A stretch of DNA of 64,000 bases, taken from contig JBHLOC010000003.1 in NCBI GenBank assembly GCA_048940925.1, forward strand, positions 146,583 through 210,582, given 5' to 3'. This stretch comes from Promethearchaeota archaeon (GTDB taxonomy: Archaea; Asgardarchaeota; Lokiarchaeia; Sigyniarchaeales; SOKP01). The position numbers were made by a program, and so were the translations under genes. This document shows positions 29,440-40,720 of this stretch, piece by piece (the stretch's first letter is position 1; each line of letters begins with the position of its first letter). The notes beneath the pieces were generated by a model that saw only the letters and a list, made by a program, of their open reading frames with translations, searched no databases and was not told the origin of the DNA.

Positions 29440-32067
29440 TTAATTTGATCCTAATTTCACCTCATTAAGGGTTCCAATTTTTATAAAGCTTAAATCTCCT
29501 TTTTTGTTTGTATCGACTTCAATAAGATCGTCTGGATTGAATTCACCTTCTAACATCTTTAAAGATAGTGGATTTTGAATATAAGACTGAATTGCTCGTT
29601 TTAATGGTCTTGCTCCATAATCGGGATCAAAACCCTTATCGCTAAGATATTCTTTAGCTCGTTCTGTAAGTTTTATTTTAATTTTATGTTCTAATAAGGT
29701 TTTATTTAAATTTCGAATTTGAATATCAACAATATCTTTAATTTGGTCTTTTTCCAAAAAATTATAGATTATTATCTCGTCAACTCGATTTAGAAATTCA
29801 GGTCTGAAAAAGTTACTTAAAGTTTTTAAAATTAATTCTTTATTCTCAATTTCATCCTTTCCCCTATTTTCTAATATATATTTACTACCTACATTACTTG
29901 TCATTATTATAATCGTATTCTTGAAATCTACAGTCCTACCATGACCATCAGTTAAACGTCCATCATCCATAATTTGTAATAAAATATTGAAAACTTCTGG
30001 ATGTGCTTTTTCAATTTCATCGAAAAGAATTACTGAATATGGTCTTCTTCTCACCGCCTCTGTAAGGTAACCTCCTTCATCATAACCAATGTATCCAGGA
30101 GGGGCTCCAATTAATCTAGCAACACTATGTCGTTCCATAAATTCAGACATATCAATTCTTACCATTGCATTTTCATTATCAAAAAGAAATTCTGCTAAAG
30201 CTTTTGCTGTTTCCGTTTTTCCTACTCCTGTTGGTCCCATAAAAATAAATGAACCAATAGGTTGGTTTGGATCTTGAATTCCAGCTCTTGCCCTTCTAAT
30301 TGCATTTGATATAGTGGTAAGAGCTTCATTTTGACCAATAACCCTTCTTTTTAACCGTTCTTCCATTTTTAATAATTTCTGTCTTTCACCTTCTAACATT
30401 CTTGACACAGGAATACCTGTCCATTGGGAAACGATGTTTGCTATATCTTTATCATCAACTTCTTGCTTTAGCATAGTCTTATTTTTTTGGATGTCTTGTA
30501 ATTCAGCATTATAGTTTTCTAATTTTTTTCTCAGTTCATTAAGCACACCATATGTTAATTCCGCAGCTTTTCCCAGTTCTCCACTTTTCTCAGCTTTCTC
30601 AGCTTTGATTTTGGTGTCTTCCATGTTTTTTTTAGTCTCATTAATTTTTGATATTATATTTTTTTCATTATTCCATTGAAGCTTCAATTTATCACTTTCT
30701 TCCCTTAGGTTTTGCAGGTCCTCATCAATTTTTTTCATTTGCTCTTTACTCGATTTATCATCTTCCTTTTTGAGGGCTTCTTTTTGTATCTCTAATTGTA
30801 TAATTTTCCTCTCAAGTTCATCAATTTCAGTAGGCATACTGTCTATTTCTATCCTTAACCTTGAAGCTGCCTCATCCATTAAATCAATAGCCTTATCAGG
30901 TAAGAAACGATCTGAAATATATCTATGAGATAAAGTAACAGCCGCAATAATCGCTGAATCAGTGATGCGTATGCCGTGATAAATTTCATATTTTTCTTTT
31001 AAGCCTCTCAAAATTGCTATAGAATCCTCGACCGAAGGTTCATCAATAAAGACTGTTTGAAATCGTCTAGTTAACGCTGCATCTTTCTCTATATATTTTC
31101 TATATTCATCTAAAGTGGTTGCTCCTACAGCTCTTAATTCACCTCTTGCCAAAGCAGGCTTTAACATATTAGAAGCATCTATAGCTCCTTGGGCTGCTCC
31201 AGCCCCAACTAATGTGTGTAATTCATCAATAAATAATATATATTTTCCTGAACCTTTTTCAACCTCTTTTAAAAAAGCTTTAAGTCGATCCTCAAATTCA
31301 CCACGATATTTAGCTCCTGCTACCATGGCGGCTAAATCCATAGCTAAGATATCTTTATTCTTTAAAGATTCTGGTACATCACCACTAGCTATTCTTTGGG
31401 CAAGGCCTTCTACTATAGCTGTTTTTCCGACTCCTGCTTCCCCTATTAAGACAGGATTATTTTTTGTTCTTCTTGAAAGAATATGCATTACTCTCCTAAT
31501 TTCATCATCTCTCCCAATTACAGGATCTAATTTCCCTCTTCTAGCTAAATCCGTCAAATTACGACTATATTTCTCTATAGCTTGATACTTTCCTTCTGGA
31601 TCTTGATCTATGACAGTTTGAGAACCCCTTATTGCCGTTAGTGCTTGTAAAACTCTCTCCTTAGTTATTCCATGTTTATTAAGTATAGGATATATTGATA
31701 ATGAACTTTTAGAACTCATAGCTAAAAGTAAATGTTCAGTACTTAAGTACTGATCTCTTAACATTTCAGCTTCTTTCCAAGCAACGTCAAATAATGTACT
31801 TGATTCACGCGATAAAACTACATCGGTAGCTCCTGAGCCAGTTACTTTTGGAATTCTTCCAATCTCATTATAACAATCGCTAAGTAGTTGCTTTATATTT
31901 ATTCCTAATTTTTGTAATAATGGTGTGGTTATTCCCTCTTGTTGATCTATTAACGCAATAAGTAAATGGATAGGCTCTATCTGTTGATGATCTCTTTCTT
32001 GAGCTAGAGATCTAGCAGCCATTAATGCTTCTTGGACTTTAATTGTAAATTTATCAAATTTCATCAT
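29440..32067 (-). CDS. clpB: Chaperone ClpB
   Basis: Two AAA+ domains ([16 protein letters not shown]), KYRGEFE, coiled-coil M domain, GARPLKR. Confidence 0.97.
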   Translation of the reverse strand: MMKFDKFTIKVQEALMAARSLAQERDHQQIEPIHLLIALIDQQEGITTPLLQKLGINIKQLLSDCYNEIGRIPKVTGSGATDVVLSRESSTLFDVAWKEAEMLRDQYLSTEHLLLAMSSKSSLSIYPILNKHGITKERVLQALTAIRGSQTVIDQDPEGKYQAIEKYSRNLTDLARRGKLDPVIGRDDEIRRVMHILSRRTKNNPVLIGEAGVGKTAIVEGLAQRIASGDVPESLKNKDILAMDLAAMVAGAKYRGEFEDRLKAFLKEVEKGSGKYILFIDELHTLVGAGAAQGAIDASNMLKPALARGELRAVGATTLDEYRKYIEKDAALTRRFQTVFIDEPSVEDSIAILRGLKEKYEIYHGIRITDSAIIAAVTLSHRYISDRFLPDKAIDLMDEAASRLRIEIDSMPTEIDELERKIIQLEIQKEALKKEDDKSSKEQMKKIDEDLQNLREESDKLKLQWNNEKNIISKINETKKNMEDTKIKAEKAEKSGELGKAAELTYGVLNELRKKLENYNAELQDIQKNKTMLKQEVDDKDIANIVSQWTGIPVSRMLEGERQKLLKMEERLKRRVIGQNEALTTISNAIRRARAGIQDPNQPIGSFIFMGPTGVGKTETAKALAEFLFDNENAMVRIDMSEFMERHSVARLIGAPPGYIGYDEGGYLTEAVRRRPYSVILFDEIEKAHPEVFNILLQIMDDGRLTDGHGRTVDFKNTIIIMTSNVGSKYILENRGKDEIENKELILKTLSNFFRPEFLNRVDEIIIYNFLEKDQIKDIVDIQIRNLNKTLLEHKIKIKLTERAKEYLSDKGFDPDYGARPLKRAIQSYIQNPLSLKMLEGEFNPDDLIEVDTNKKGDLSFIKIGTLNEVKLGSN

Positions 32068-32082
32068 AATTTAAAAATCTCC

Positions 32083-33117
32083 CTATAATCCTGTCTGTTT
32101 TAATTTTTGTATTAATTGTTTTTGAGTTTTATTCAATTTTTTTGGGATTTTTATAATTATTTTAATTAACTCATTTCCCCTTTCATCAGAACCTGTTTTA
32201 TGAAATCCTTGATTTTTTAATCTAAGAATTGAGCCATCTGAAGTTCCGGGAGGTACTGAAACGTTTAATTTTTTTTCTATTCCTGGAACTTGTATTTTTC
32301 CACCTAACACTGCGGTAGTAAATGGTATTTCTTGTTCAACATAGATATCATCCTCATCTAATTTAAAAGTAGGATGAGGTCTTACATTTACATTAATATA
32401 CAAATCTCCAGGAATTCCCCCATTGATACCTGGCATACCCTTACCTTTAAGGCGTAATTTTTGTTGATCCTTTATTCCTTTCGGAATTTTAACCGTTAGT
32501 GTAGATGTTTCACCCGTTTGAGGATCTCTATATGATATTCTTTTTTCTCCTCCATAAAATGCTTCCATAAAATCAATCTCCATATCATATCGTAAATCAT
32601 CTCCTTCAATAGGTCTATTCCCAAAGCCACTTGAGCTTACTCGAGAACTTCTTCCTTTGCTTGAAAATACATCAAAAATATCCCCTAAATCATTGAAAAA
32701 ATCAAACCCACTGAACCCACTTGATCTCCTACCACTACTAGAGCCTCTAATGTTACTAAAAATATCATTAAAATCAAATCCTCCTGGGGAACCTGAAGTT
32801 GAATAATAATAGGTTGTACCATCAGGTGATCTATATATTCTATTTCCTCTAGGACTGCCAGTGGTATATTGATAACTAGAGGGATCACCTTCTACAACTC
32901 CAAATTTATCATACATCTCTCTTTTTTTATCATCATTTAATATACGATAAGCTTCATTAATTTCTTTGAACTTTTCTCCAGATTTATGCTCATTGGGATT
33001 AACATCTGGGTGATACTTACGAGCCATCTTTCGAAATGCTCTTTTAATTTCATCCTTTGAAGCATTTTTATCTATTCCTAATATATTATAGTAATCTTTT
33101 ACCATACAGTTAATCAC
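32083..33117 (-). CDS. dnaJ: DnaJ class B (no Zn finger, CbpA-like) co-chaperone
   Basis: KDYY..LG, HPD, G/F-rich region, C-terminal domain; no CxxCxGxG repeats. Confidence 0.9.
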   Translation of the reverse strand: MINCMVKDYYNILGIDKNASKDEIKRAFRKMARKYHPDVNPNEHKSGEKFKEINEAYRILNDDKKREMYDKFGVVEGDPSSYQYTTGSPRGNRIYRSPDGTTYYYSTSGSPGGFDFNDIFSNIRGSSSGRRSSGFSGFDFFNDLGDIFDVFSSKGRSSRVSSSGFGNRPIEGDDLRYDMEIDFMEAFYGGEKRISYRDPQTGETSTLTVKIPKGIKDQQKLRLKGKGMPGINGGIPGDLYINVNVRPHPTFKLDEDDIYVEQEIPFTTAVLGGKIQVPGIEKKLNVSVPPGTSDGSILRLKNQGFHKTGSDERGNELIKIIIKIPKKLNKTQKQLIQKLKQTGL

Positions 33118-33197
33118 TATCTAATAATTATAAATAATAATTTGATAATCGTGAATTTTTAAAAAAAATAAAAAAATTAATAAAAAAAATATTTTAT

Positions 33198-35105
33198 TTA
33201 TTCATAATCCGCATCTACTACATTATCATCTTGACCTGTTGCTCTCCTGAATTGTTCTTCCTCAATTTCGTCTTGAGTTTTTCCTTGATATTTTGCACCT
33301 GGAGGGACATCACCCATTCCCCCAGGTGGCGTCCCTTGATAAGTGCCTTGAGTAGGTCCTTGTTGTTGTCCATAAATTTTAGCTGAAACCTGATGTAATG
33401 CATTTTGTAATTTCTCTGTGGCAGTCTTTATTCTACTTATATCATCAGATTCCATAGCACTTCTTAAATCAGATATCTTTTCTAATATTCCAGATTTTAA
33501 ATCGCCAATAATAGTCTCATTGTCTTTCAATAATTTCTCAGTTTGATAAATCAATGCTTCAGCATGATTTTTAGCCTCTGTTAATTCCTTAAATTTCTTA
33601 TCTTCTTCAGCATGTTTCTCAGCTTCCCGAATTTTTTGTTCAATTTCATCCTCAGACATTTTTTTAGACGCAGTGATTGTTATTGATTGGCTTCGTCCAG
33701 TTCCTTTATCGACTGCCGACACATTCAAAATTCCGTTTTGATCGATATCGAATTTCACTTCGATCTGAGGGACTCCCCTAGGTGCTGGTGGAATACCTGT
33801 TAAATTGAACTTACCTAATGTAATATTGTCAGCTGCTCTCGGTCTTTCACCTTGTAATACATGAATCTCTACTGCGGGCTGATTATCTGCTGCTGTACTG
33901 AAGATCTGCTTCTTTTCAGTTGGGATAGTAGTATTTCTTTCAATCAGTTTAGTAAAAACTCCACCCAAAGTTTCAACTCCTAAAGATAACGGAGTAACGT
34001 CGAGTAATAATAAATCTTCAACTTCACCAGTTAATACACCTCCTTGAATTGCAGCACCCATAGCAACACACTCCATTGGATCGATACTACGTTCCGGAGT
34101 TTTCCCAAGTAAATCTTCAAATTTCTTCTGAATTATTGGCATTCTAGTGGGTCCTCCAACTAAGATGATTTTATCTACTGCACCTCTTGCTATACCCGCA
34201 TCTTGTAAAGCCTTCAAAATTGGACCATCTAATCTTTTTAAAACTGGATCGATTAATTGTTCTAATTTAGCTCTTGTGAGTGTCGTATTGAAATGTTTTG
34301 GACCAGAATTAGTCGCAGTAATATACGGTAAATTGATATCCGTCGAAATTGAGGTGGACAGTTCTATTTTTGCTTTTTCAGCAGCTTCTTTAATTCTTTG
34401 CATTGCCATTGAATCTTTGGTTAAATCAACTCCTTCTTGTTTTTTAAATTCTTCAACTAAATACTCAACAAGAATCCTATCCATATCAGTTCCACCTAAT
34501 TGTGTATCTCCTGCCGTAGAAATTACCTCAAAAACACCTTGCTCCATTTCCATTATGGTGACATCAAAGGTACCACCACCAAGATCTAATACCGCAATTT
34601 TTAATCGTACATCTTTCTTATCCAACCCATAAGCTACAGCTGCGGCAGTGGGTTCGTTAATTAAACGTTTTACATCTAATCCTGCGATCCTTCCCGCATC
34701 TTTTGTAGCTTGTCTTTGGTTATCATTAAAGTATGCAGGTACTGTAATTATAGCTTCAGTTACCTCCTCTCCAAGATAAGCACTTGCATCTTCTTTTATT
34801 TTCCTTAAAATCATTGCTGAAATCTCCTGTGGTGTATATTCCTTACCATCAATTTTTACGGTGTATGAAGTGCCCATCTTCCTCTTTATTGCTGTAATTG
34901 TACGATCTGGATTTGAAATTGCTTGTCTTCTTGCTGGTTCTCCAATAAGTCTTTGTCCATCCTTTGTAAAGGCTACTACCGAAGGAAATGCTTTTCCTCC
35001 TAAAGTTAAGCCTTCAGCACTTGGAATTATTGTAGGTTTTCCACCACTCAATACAGCGGCTGCTGAATTCGAAGTTCCAAGGTCAATTCCTATTATTTTT
35101 CCCAT
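33198..35105 (-). CDS. dnaK: Chaperone DnaK (Hsp70)
   Basis: [37 protein letters not shown]. Confidence 0.98.
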   Translation of the reverse strand: MGKIIGIDLGTSNSAAAVLSGGKPTIIPSAEGLTLGGKAFPSVVAFTKDGQRLIGEPARRQAISNPDRTITAIKRKMGTSYTVKIDGKEYTPQEISAMILRKIKEDASAYLGEEVTEAIITVPAYFNDNQRQATKDAGRIAGLDVKRLINEPTAAAVAYGLDKKDVRLKIAVLDLGGGTFDVTIMEMEQGVFEVISTAGDTQLGGTDMDRILVEYLVEEFKKQEGVDLTKDSMAMQRIKEAAEKAKIELSTSISTDINLPYITATNSGPKHFNTTLTRAKLEQLIDPVLKRLDGPILKALQDAGIARGAVDKIILVGGPTRMPIIQKKFEDLLGKTPERSIDPMECVAMGAAIQGGVLTGEVEDLLLLDVTPLSLGVETLGGVFTKLIERNTTIPTEKKQIFSTAADNQPAVEIHVLQGERPRAADNITLGKFNLTGIPPAPRGVPQIEVKFDIDQNGILNVSAVDKGTGRSQSITITASKKMSEDEIEQKIREAEKHAEEDKKFKELTEAKNHAEALIYQTEKLLKDNETIIGDLKSGILEKISDLRSAMESDDISRIKTATEKLQNALHQVSAKIYGQQQGPTQGTYQGTPPGGMGDVPPGAKYQGKTQDEIEEEQFRRATGQDDNVVDADYE

Positions 35106-35152
35106 TTAATTTCACTCCTTTTTTTTTAAATTTTTATATTAATTTTATTATT

Positions 35153-35872
35153 TTATTTATTTTCTAAATTTACAATATGTGATTTTTTTGAAATTTTGAC
35201 CTTCGCCGGTCTTAAAATTTTGTTATTCAAATAATAACCCTTTTCTAATTCTTCTGTTATTGTGTTTTCAGGAAGATCATCCCTACCATCTTCAACTATT
35301 AAAACTTCATGTTTATAGGGATCAAATTTTTCACCCTCTGAAATTATTGGCTTAACTCCCTCCTCTTCAAGTATTTTCTTAAAATTATTAACTATGATTT
35401 CAAATCCTTTCCCTATACCATCCATGCCTTCAACCATCTTTATTAAATTCATTGCTCGAATTAAATCATCATAGTGATTAATTAATTTCTTCAACACTCT
35501 TTCTAATGCATACGCTTTATAATCAGCATATTCTTGTTCATTGCGTTTTTTATAGTTATCAAAATCTGCACGTATACGCAAAAGTGAATGTAGGAATTTT
35601 TCCTTCTCTTCCTCTAATTCTTTAAATTTCCTTGCATCCTCCTTCATATCATCAAGCTCTTTAAGCAGTTGATCATTCCATGTTTTCACTTTTTTATGTT
35701 CTTCCACAAGTGCTTCATATTTTTCTGCCTTTTTTTTGAGATTTTGATATTCATCTTTTAAAAGTGTAATCTTTGAATTTGATCCTTTCTGAAAACCTCG
35801 CTCGTTTAAAAACCTATCAAAATAATCTTCAAATACCATATTACTCATATTTTTTTTCGCTTTTTCCAACAT
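35153..35872 (-). CDS. grpE: Nucleotide exchange factor GrpE
   Basis: LRIRADFDNYKKR, GEKFDPYKHE, KGYYLNNKILRPAKV. Confidence 0.95.
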   Translation of the reverse strand: MLEKAKKNMSNMVFEDYFDRFLNERGFQKGSNSKITLLKDEYQNLKKKAEKYEALVEEHKKVKTWNDQLLKELDDMKEDARKFKELEEEKEKFLHSLLRIRADFDNYKKRNEQEYADYKAYALERVLKKLINHYDDLIRAMNLIKMVEGMDGIGKGFEIIVNNFKKILEEEGVKPIISEGEKFDPYKHEVLIVEDGRDDLPENTITEELEKGYYLNNKILRPAKVKISKKSHIVNLENK

Positions 35873-35946
35873 CTAAATAATAATTTTGAAGTTTTAATTT
35901 TAAAATCCCATTTTTTAAGTTTTTTATAGGGATAAAAACTTGTTGT

Positions 35947-36056
35947 TGTCAATTACTACTTGACACATCTTAATATACAATTATGAATTCACCTATTTAA
36001 ATATTGTGTTTTTGGAAAATAACGAATTAATCTGACTAGTAATTAATCTGATTAGT
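35947..36056 (-). promoter_or_regulatory. Putative promoter and operators of the chaperone operon
   Basis: Inverted repeat TGTCAA-N7-TTGACA (35947-35965); minus-strand TTTAAATA (35994-36001); 16-bp tandem repeat AATTAATCTGA(C/T)TAGT x2 (36025-36056). Confidence 0.6.
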
Positions 36057-36175
36057 AAAACTAAAATTTCTTTTTAAAAATAAATAGAATCTTATTCATT
36101 TTTTTAATCGAGCAGCAAGATATTTTGCTTATGATTATTTTAAAGAAATAAATATAAATCATTATTATATCTGTT

Positions 36176-36955
36176 TTAATATATGAAGGGGATGAGAGCT
36201 TTTCGATTTTCAGGATAATCTTCAAACGAATCTTGGTACCAGTGATGATTACTTCGAGCCCTTGGTCCTAAATTGGCAGAAGTCCAGATTGCAAAGACTA
36301 ACCCCGGTAATGACCATGTCATAATCGCCCAGCCATACCACTCAATTATCTCACCAAAATAGCTAGGACAACTTATAAATCGAAACATACCTCCATGAGG
36401 GATCTTAAAATCAGTTTCACCAGGTTTCCGCAGATTTCTAATTATATGATCAGAATGTACATGCATGAAAAAACCTGTAAAGAAGATTAGTATACCAATA
36501 ATAAACATTGGAGTGAGTAGCCAGCTTGTTTCGTAACCTCCTGAAAATTTATTAATCCATAGTCCTTGAAGATATGCATTAGCAGAATTAAATATCATCC
36601 CAAAAAGGATTATAGTTACTGGCATTTTTCGTTTTCCTCTTATTAAAATGGGAAAAACAAATGTCCGATATCCATAATGCATAAACCATAACCCCGAAAA
36701 AAGAAGTGTCATGAATTTTGTATGGTAATCCCCAATTAAATAAAATAGAGTATAAAGAATTACTGTTGGAATTTCCATAATCACCCAACCTACTTTATCA
36801 TTAATTGTTGGGCCCCATTTTTTTGAGATATGTTGTCCATATCCTGCTGTTATTTTTAATAATGTAAAAAAAACAAGGATTGCAATTATAATCATAGCAA
36901 TCATAAACCAGTTGAAAAAAATCCTATCATCCATTATTATAAACCTTATAATCAT
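36176..36955 (-). CDS. 3-oxo-5-alpha-steroid 4-dehydrogenase (SRD5A/DET2-like)
   Basis: AGYG, GWVIMEIP, HYGYR, HSDHIIRNLRKPGE, SCPSYFGEIIEW, NLGPRARSNHHWY, RKALIPF. Confidence 0.92.
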   Translation of the reverse strand: MIIRFIIMDDRIFFNWFMIAMIIIAILVFFTLLKITAGYGQHISKKWGPTINDKVGWVIMEIPTVILYTLFYLIGDYHTKFMTLLFSGLWFMHYGYRTFVFPILIRGKRKMPVTIILFGMIFNSANAYLQGLWINKFSGGYETSWLLTPMFIIGILIFFTGFFMHVHSDHIIRNLRKPGETDFKIPHGGMFRFISCPSYFGEIIEWYGWAIMTWSLPGLVFAIWTSANLGPRARSNHHWYQDSFEDYPENRKALIPFIY

Positions 36956-36991
36956 TTAATATAAACTTCTAATTAATAATAACAAAAAAGA

Positions 36992-38542
36992 CTATTTGAT
37001 AATGTTTTTAAAACAATCTTCTTGATAAATGTTATTTTCATCCTTATCGTGATTTGGGTACCAAACTTGGGCAAAATATTGATTTTTTTTTGCTTGTTCG
37101 TCATAATTCCAAGGTGGGGGTAAACATTCTGGGCACCAATGACCTGCTTTAAGGACGGTATATGGTTTCAATTCAAATTGATGACCAAATGCACATTTCC
37201 ATTTGACCTTAAAGTACATATCTCCATCCCATTGAGTTGATAAGCATTGACCGCCTCTGAATTCTGCAGCTCCTTTTAAATCTTCTAAATCCAGTTTCTC
37301 CTTTGATTCATCATACCCATGTTTGAGGGGGTGCCATTCTGGTTCAGGATGCATTTGAGGCATATCCACACCCCAGTCTGAAATAGATTCAAATTTTTCA
37401 TAGGAACCATAAAATGCTGAAATTCTCATATCCATCTTATTATTGTACCAATATAAGGGTCCTGTTTTATCCATTGCTAATTTTTTCAATTTTTTATAAG
37501 TGATTTTTTGAATCTTTTTCTTTAACCATGAAATTTTACTAGTTAAATTTACTATGATTTTCAAGTAAAAAGGTCTATTCTTCTTTACAATTTTAAAATA
37601 GTCTTCGATAGAATCATTCCAATTATTAATGTATTTATTAAGTTCCTTACTATCATCAAAATATTGCATATGAAAGTTTCTTAAAGCAAACCAGTGACGT
37701 TCTGTTACATCATCAATTCTTCCAACACCATTTATTTTCATTACTTTATTTAAAAAGTCATAGAAATTTATCCTGCAGGAGGGTCCTCCACCCATATTAT
37801 AACATCTTCTCCAGAAATCAGAGTCTTCTGGAACATCTAAACAATTAATTAAACCCCTACCCGCGTCTCTTGAGGTATTGTTTTCCATAAATGTATTAAT
37901 TGGTTGATGGAACATAATTGGATCCATAAGAGACATGATGTCAGGGATCATGATAAATGTTTGACGGAGTGAAGCCCAGTACTTAAGATTAGATTCACAA
38001 AGTGCTATTTCTCCCCTAATTTTTGTGGTAGCATAGAAATCAAACACACTGGGTTTTATGGGATCACCAATCCTACCATGATAAATAGGAGGGAGGCGAT
38101 CACCTGTCGCTGCAACAGTTCCTATATAAATAAATTTGATATGATCAGCACCACCAGGTTGTGACTCTATGGCTTTAATGATATGTTCAATGGCTGTTGT
38201 ATTTACAGCTTTAGCCATCTCTGGATTAAGATCTGCTGCAGGGGAGATAAAAGCCATCGGACAAAGACACCAATCAATCCCTTTACAAGCTTCTTCAACA
38301 TCATCATAATTAGTAGCATCTCCCCAAACAATTTTCAATCCTTTATTTTCTACTATACCATTTCCAGGAATGGGTTTAATTCCACATTCTTTTTCAAAGG
38401 ATTTAAAAATTTTTTTATTTTTCTTAGAAGGGCGTTGAAGTAAGACAATTTTAAATGTATCCCTTCGTTCCCATAAATTTTTAAATGCTTCAAAACCCAA
38501 AGTACCACTTGCACCAGGTAAAAAAACTTTTTGTTTATTCAT
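36992..38542 (-). CDS. Extended SDR (NAD-dependent epimerase / 3-beta-HSD-like) with C-terminal Zn-ribbon
   Basis: GASGTLG, VWGD, YATTK (YxxxK); C-terminal WKCAFGH...WCPEC. Confidence 0.8.
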   Translation of the reverse strand: MNKQKVFLPGASGTLGFEAFKNLWERRDTFKIVLLQRPSKKNKKIFKSFEKECGIKPIPGNGIVENKGLKIVWGDATNYDDVEEACKGIDWCLCPMAFISPAADLNPEMAKAVNTTAIEHIIKAIESQPGGADHIKFIYIGTVAATGDRLPPIYHGRIGDPIKPSVFDFYATTKIRGEIALCESNLKYWASLRQTFIMIPDIMSLMDPIMFHQPINTFMENNTSRDAGRGLINCLDVPEDSDFWRRCYNMGGGPSCRINFYDFLNKVMKINGVGRIDDVTERHWFALRNFHMQYFDDSKELNKYINNWNDSIEDYFKIVKKNRPFYLKIIVNLTSKISWLKKKIQKITYKKLKKLAMDKTGPLYWYNNKMDMRISAFYGSYEKFESISDWGVDMPQMHPEPEWHPLKHGYDESKEKLDLEDLKGAAEFRGGQCLSTQWDGDMYFKVKWKCAFGHQFELKPYTVLKAGHWCPECLPPPWNYDEQAKKNQYFAQVWYPNHDKDENNIYQEDCFKNIIK

Positions 38543-38661
38543 TTTTAATTTACTCGGGTCTTACTTTCATTCTATGTTTTATTAATCATTCTTATAATAT
38601 CTTCTGCTTAAAATGATTTACTTTTAATAAAAATTAGGAATCAATTTTTATTTTTTATAAG

Positions 38662-38801
38662 AACGGCTCTTTCGCATAGTATTTACCGATTTGAATCTTT
38701 GTCAATTAACACGACTTTATCTCTGCGTTGGCTAAAAATTCAGCATATTGTGAGCCTGAAGGTCCAGCACTTGAGGTTATATTATCATATTTAATTGCAT
38801 C
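38662..38801 (-). pseudogene. Decayed 5' fragment of a geranylgeranyl-reductase-like FAD oxidoreductase
   Basis: Manual translation: KYDNITSSAGPSGSQYAEFLANAEI(K), frameshift, VVLIDKDSNR*ILCERAV. Confidence 0.6.
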
Positions 38802-38844
38802 CTAATATAATCATAAAATTTTAAAAAATTTATTATATTTAATT

Positions 38845-39813
38845 CTAAACTTTTTTAATTATCTTTTTAAATAGCGATTCTTCGATATTGCCTCCACTTA
38901 TTACAGCTACGATGGTTTTATCTTTAATTTTCTGTTTATTTTCAAGGATATAAGCAACACTTGTAGCACCAGCACCTTCAACAACTTGACCTTCTTTCCT
39001 CCAGAGTAGGTTAATTGCTTTCTTAATAGAGCCTTCCTTTACTAAATCTAACTCATCAACATAACTTTTTATTATTTCCCAACTTATTGCATTAGGCTCA
39101 AGCCCACCTAATAAACCTTCAGCTAGAGTAGAAGATTCTTTAATAGAAATGATTCTACCTCTTTTCCATGATTGATACATTGTAGAAGCACCTTTAGTTT
39201 GAACTCCTATGATTTCAATAGAAGGATTTAAATGTTTTATAGCAATAGCAATTCCAGAAATCAAGCCACCCCCTCCTACCGGAACAATAATAGCATCAAC
39301 ATTTCCTATTTCATCATAGATTTCAAGACCTATAGTTCCCTGTCCTGCTATAATTTCATCGTCATTATATGGACTAATATAGGTTAATCCTTCATTAGTA
39401 GATAATTTTCTTGCTTTTGCTTCTACCTCATCATATATACCTTCTTGAATAATTATTGCATCATAGGTTTTTAATTTGTCTAATTTAAGCTTCGAAATAA
39501 CCTTTGGAACAATAATTTTAGCAAAAATACCTAATTCTTTTGCTGCTACAGCAACTCCTATTGCGTGATTTCCCGATGACGCAGTGATAATTCCTCTTTT
39601 CACCTCTTCACTGCTTAATTGTAATATTCGGTTAAAAGCGCCTCTTACTTTAAATGAGTTTGTAGTTTGTTGATTTTCTAACTTCAAATAAACTGTTGCT
39701 TTACATAAATCACTAAAAAATTCTGAATGAATAAGAGGTGTTTTCTTGATAAAATCTTTAATTCGCTTATGTGCATTTTTAATTATATCAATAGTTAAAA
39801 TATCTATCATCAT
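38845..39813 (-). CDS. Threonine/serine dehydratase (PLP-dependent)
   Basis: LKLENQQTTNSFKVRGA, ASSGNH, VGGGGLISG, VISGGN. Confidence 0.92.
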   Translation of the reverse strand: MMIDILTIDIIKNAHKRIKDFIKKTPLIHSEFFSDLCKATVYLKLENQQTTNSFKVRGAFNRILQLSSEEVKRGIITASSGNHAIGVAVAAKELGIFAKIIVPKVISKLKLDKLKTYDAIIIQEGIYDEVEAKARKLSTNEGLTYISPYNDDEIIAGQGTIGLEIYDEIGNVDAIIVPVGGGGLISGIAIAIKHLNPSIEIIGVQTKGASTMYQSWKRGRIISIKESSTLAEGLLGGLEPNAISWEIIKSYVDELDLVKEGSIKKAINLLWRKEGQVVEGAGATSVAYILENKQKIKDKTIVAVISGGNIEESLFKKIIKKV

Positions 39814-39948
39814 ATCTCTTTATTCCTTAATAAAATTAAAATTCAGGTAAAATTAAATCTATCTAAGATGTGCCCTAATTAGAAAAATTAAAAATTTATA
39901 ATTAACTAAATACCTTTAAAAATTGGAAAAAAATAAGAGAATATAAAA

Positions 39949-40464
39949 TTGGAGTTTTATGAAGTAGTGAGGAAAAGGAGAAGTTATCGTGTGTATAAAC
40001 CTAATATGCCTGAAAAAGATAAAATTGAGAGAATTTTAGAAGCCGCACGTTTGGCTCCTACTTGGGCGAATCTACAAGGGGTAGAATATATATTGGTTCA
40101 AGAACCAGAGAATATAAAAGCAGTTTGGAAGGCAGTAGACCAAGATACGAAATTTGGTAATGCTCCTATGTTTATCGTTGGTATTATAGCTGAATCAGGT
40201 TCAGGTGCCAATAAAAATGGAGAAAAATATTATGGTGTTGATTTTGGTATTTGTTTTGAACATTTAATATTAGCTGCAACAGCAGAAGGTCTCGCAACTT
40301 GTTGGATTGGGCGATTTAATGAAAACAAGATAAAAGATATATTAGGAATTCCAAAAAAATATAAAGTTATGGGATTAACACCTTTAGGTTATTCTACTAA
40401 ATCTAAAGGCGAAGTAACTGAACGAAAGCCAATTGAAAAAATAGTTCATTATGAAAAATTTTAA
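39949..40464 (+). CDS. Nitroreductase family protein
   Basis: KRRSYR, AARLAPTWAN, LAATAEGLATCWIG. Confidence 0.92.
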   Translation: MEFYEVVRKRRSYRVYKPNMPEKDKIERILEAARLAPTWANLQGVEYILVQEPENIKAVWKAVDQDTKFGNAPMFIVGIIAESGSGANKNGEKYYGVDFGICFEHLILAATAEGLATCWIGRFNENKIKDILGIPKKYKVMGLTPLGYSTKSKGEVTERKPIEKIVHYEKF

Positions 40465-40511
40465 ATCTCACTTTATTATCTTTTTTTAATTAAATTAATT
40501 TAAACTTAATT

Positions 40512-40709
40512 ATGAGAGAAAGAAAATGTTTTAGATGTGGTAAAACGTTAGATTTTGAAAGCTACATTAAAAATATTGGTCCACATGAAAAAGAAGATTT
40601 GACTACACTTTGGAATAGTGATTATATTGAATTTTTTTGCTGCCATTGTTTTTCTTTTAAAATGAAATATCAGCCTAGCTTAGATGAGGATCATTTTCAA
40701 TATTACTAA
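40512..40709 (+). CDS. Small Zn-finger protein
   Basis: CFRCG...FFCCHC in 65 aa. Confidence 0.7.
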   Translation: MRERKCFRCGKTLDFESYIKNIGPHEKEDLTTLWNSDYIEFFCCHCFSFKMKYQPSLDEDHFQYY

Positions 40710-40720
40710 CCTCATTAGGA

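Noticed and set aside
29018-35109. Plus-strand ORFs inside tfb, clpB and dnaK, and alternate-frame ORFs in dnaJ/dnaK
   Set aside because: They overlap well-conserved genes and carry no independent motifs.
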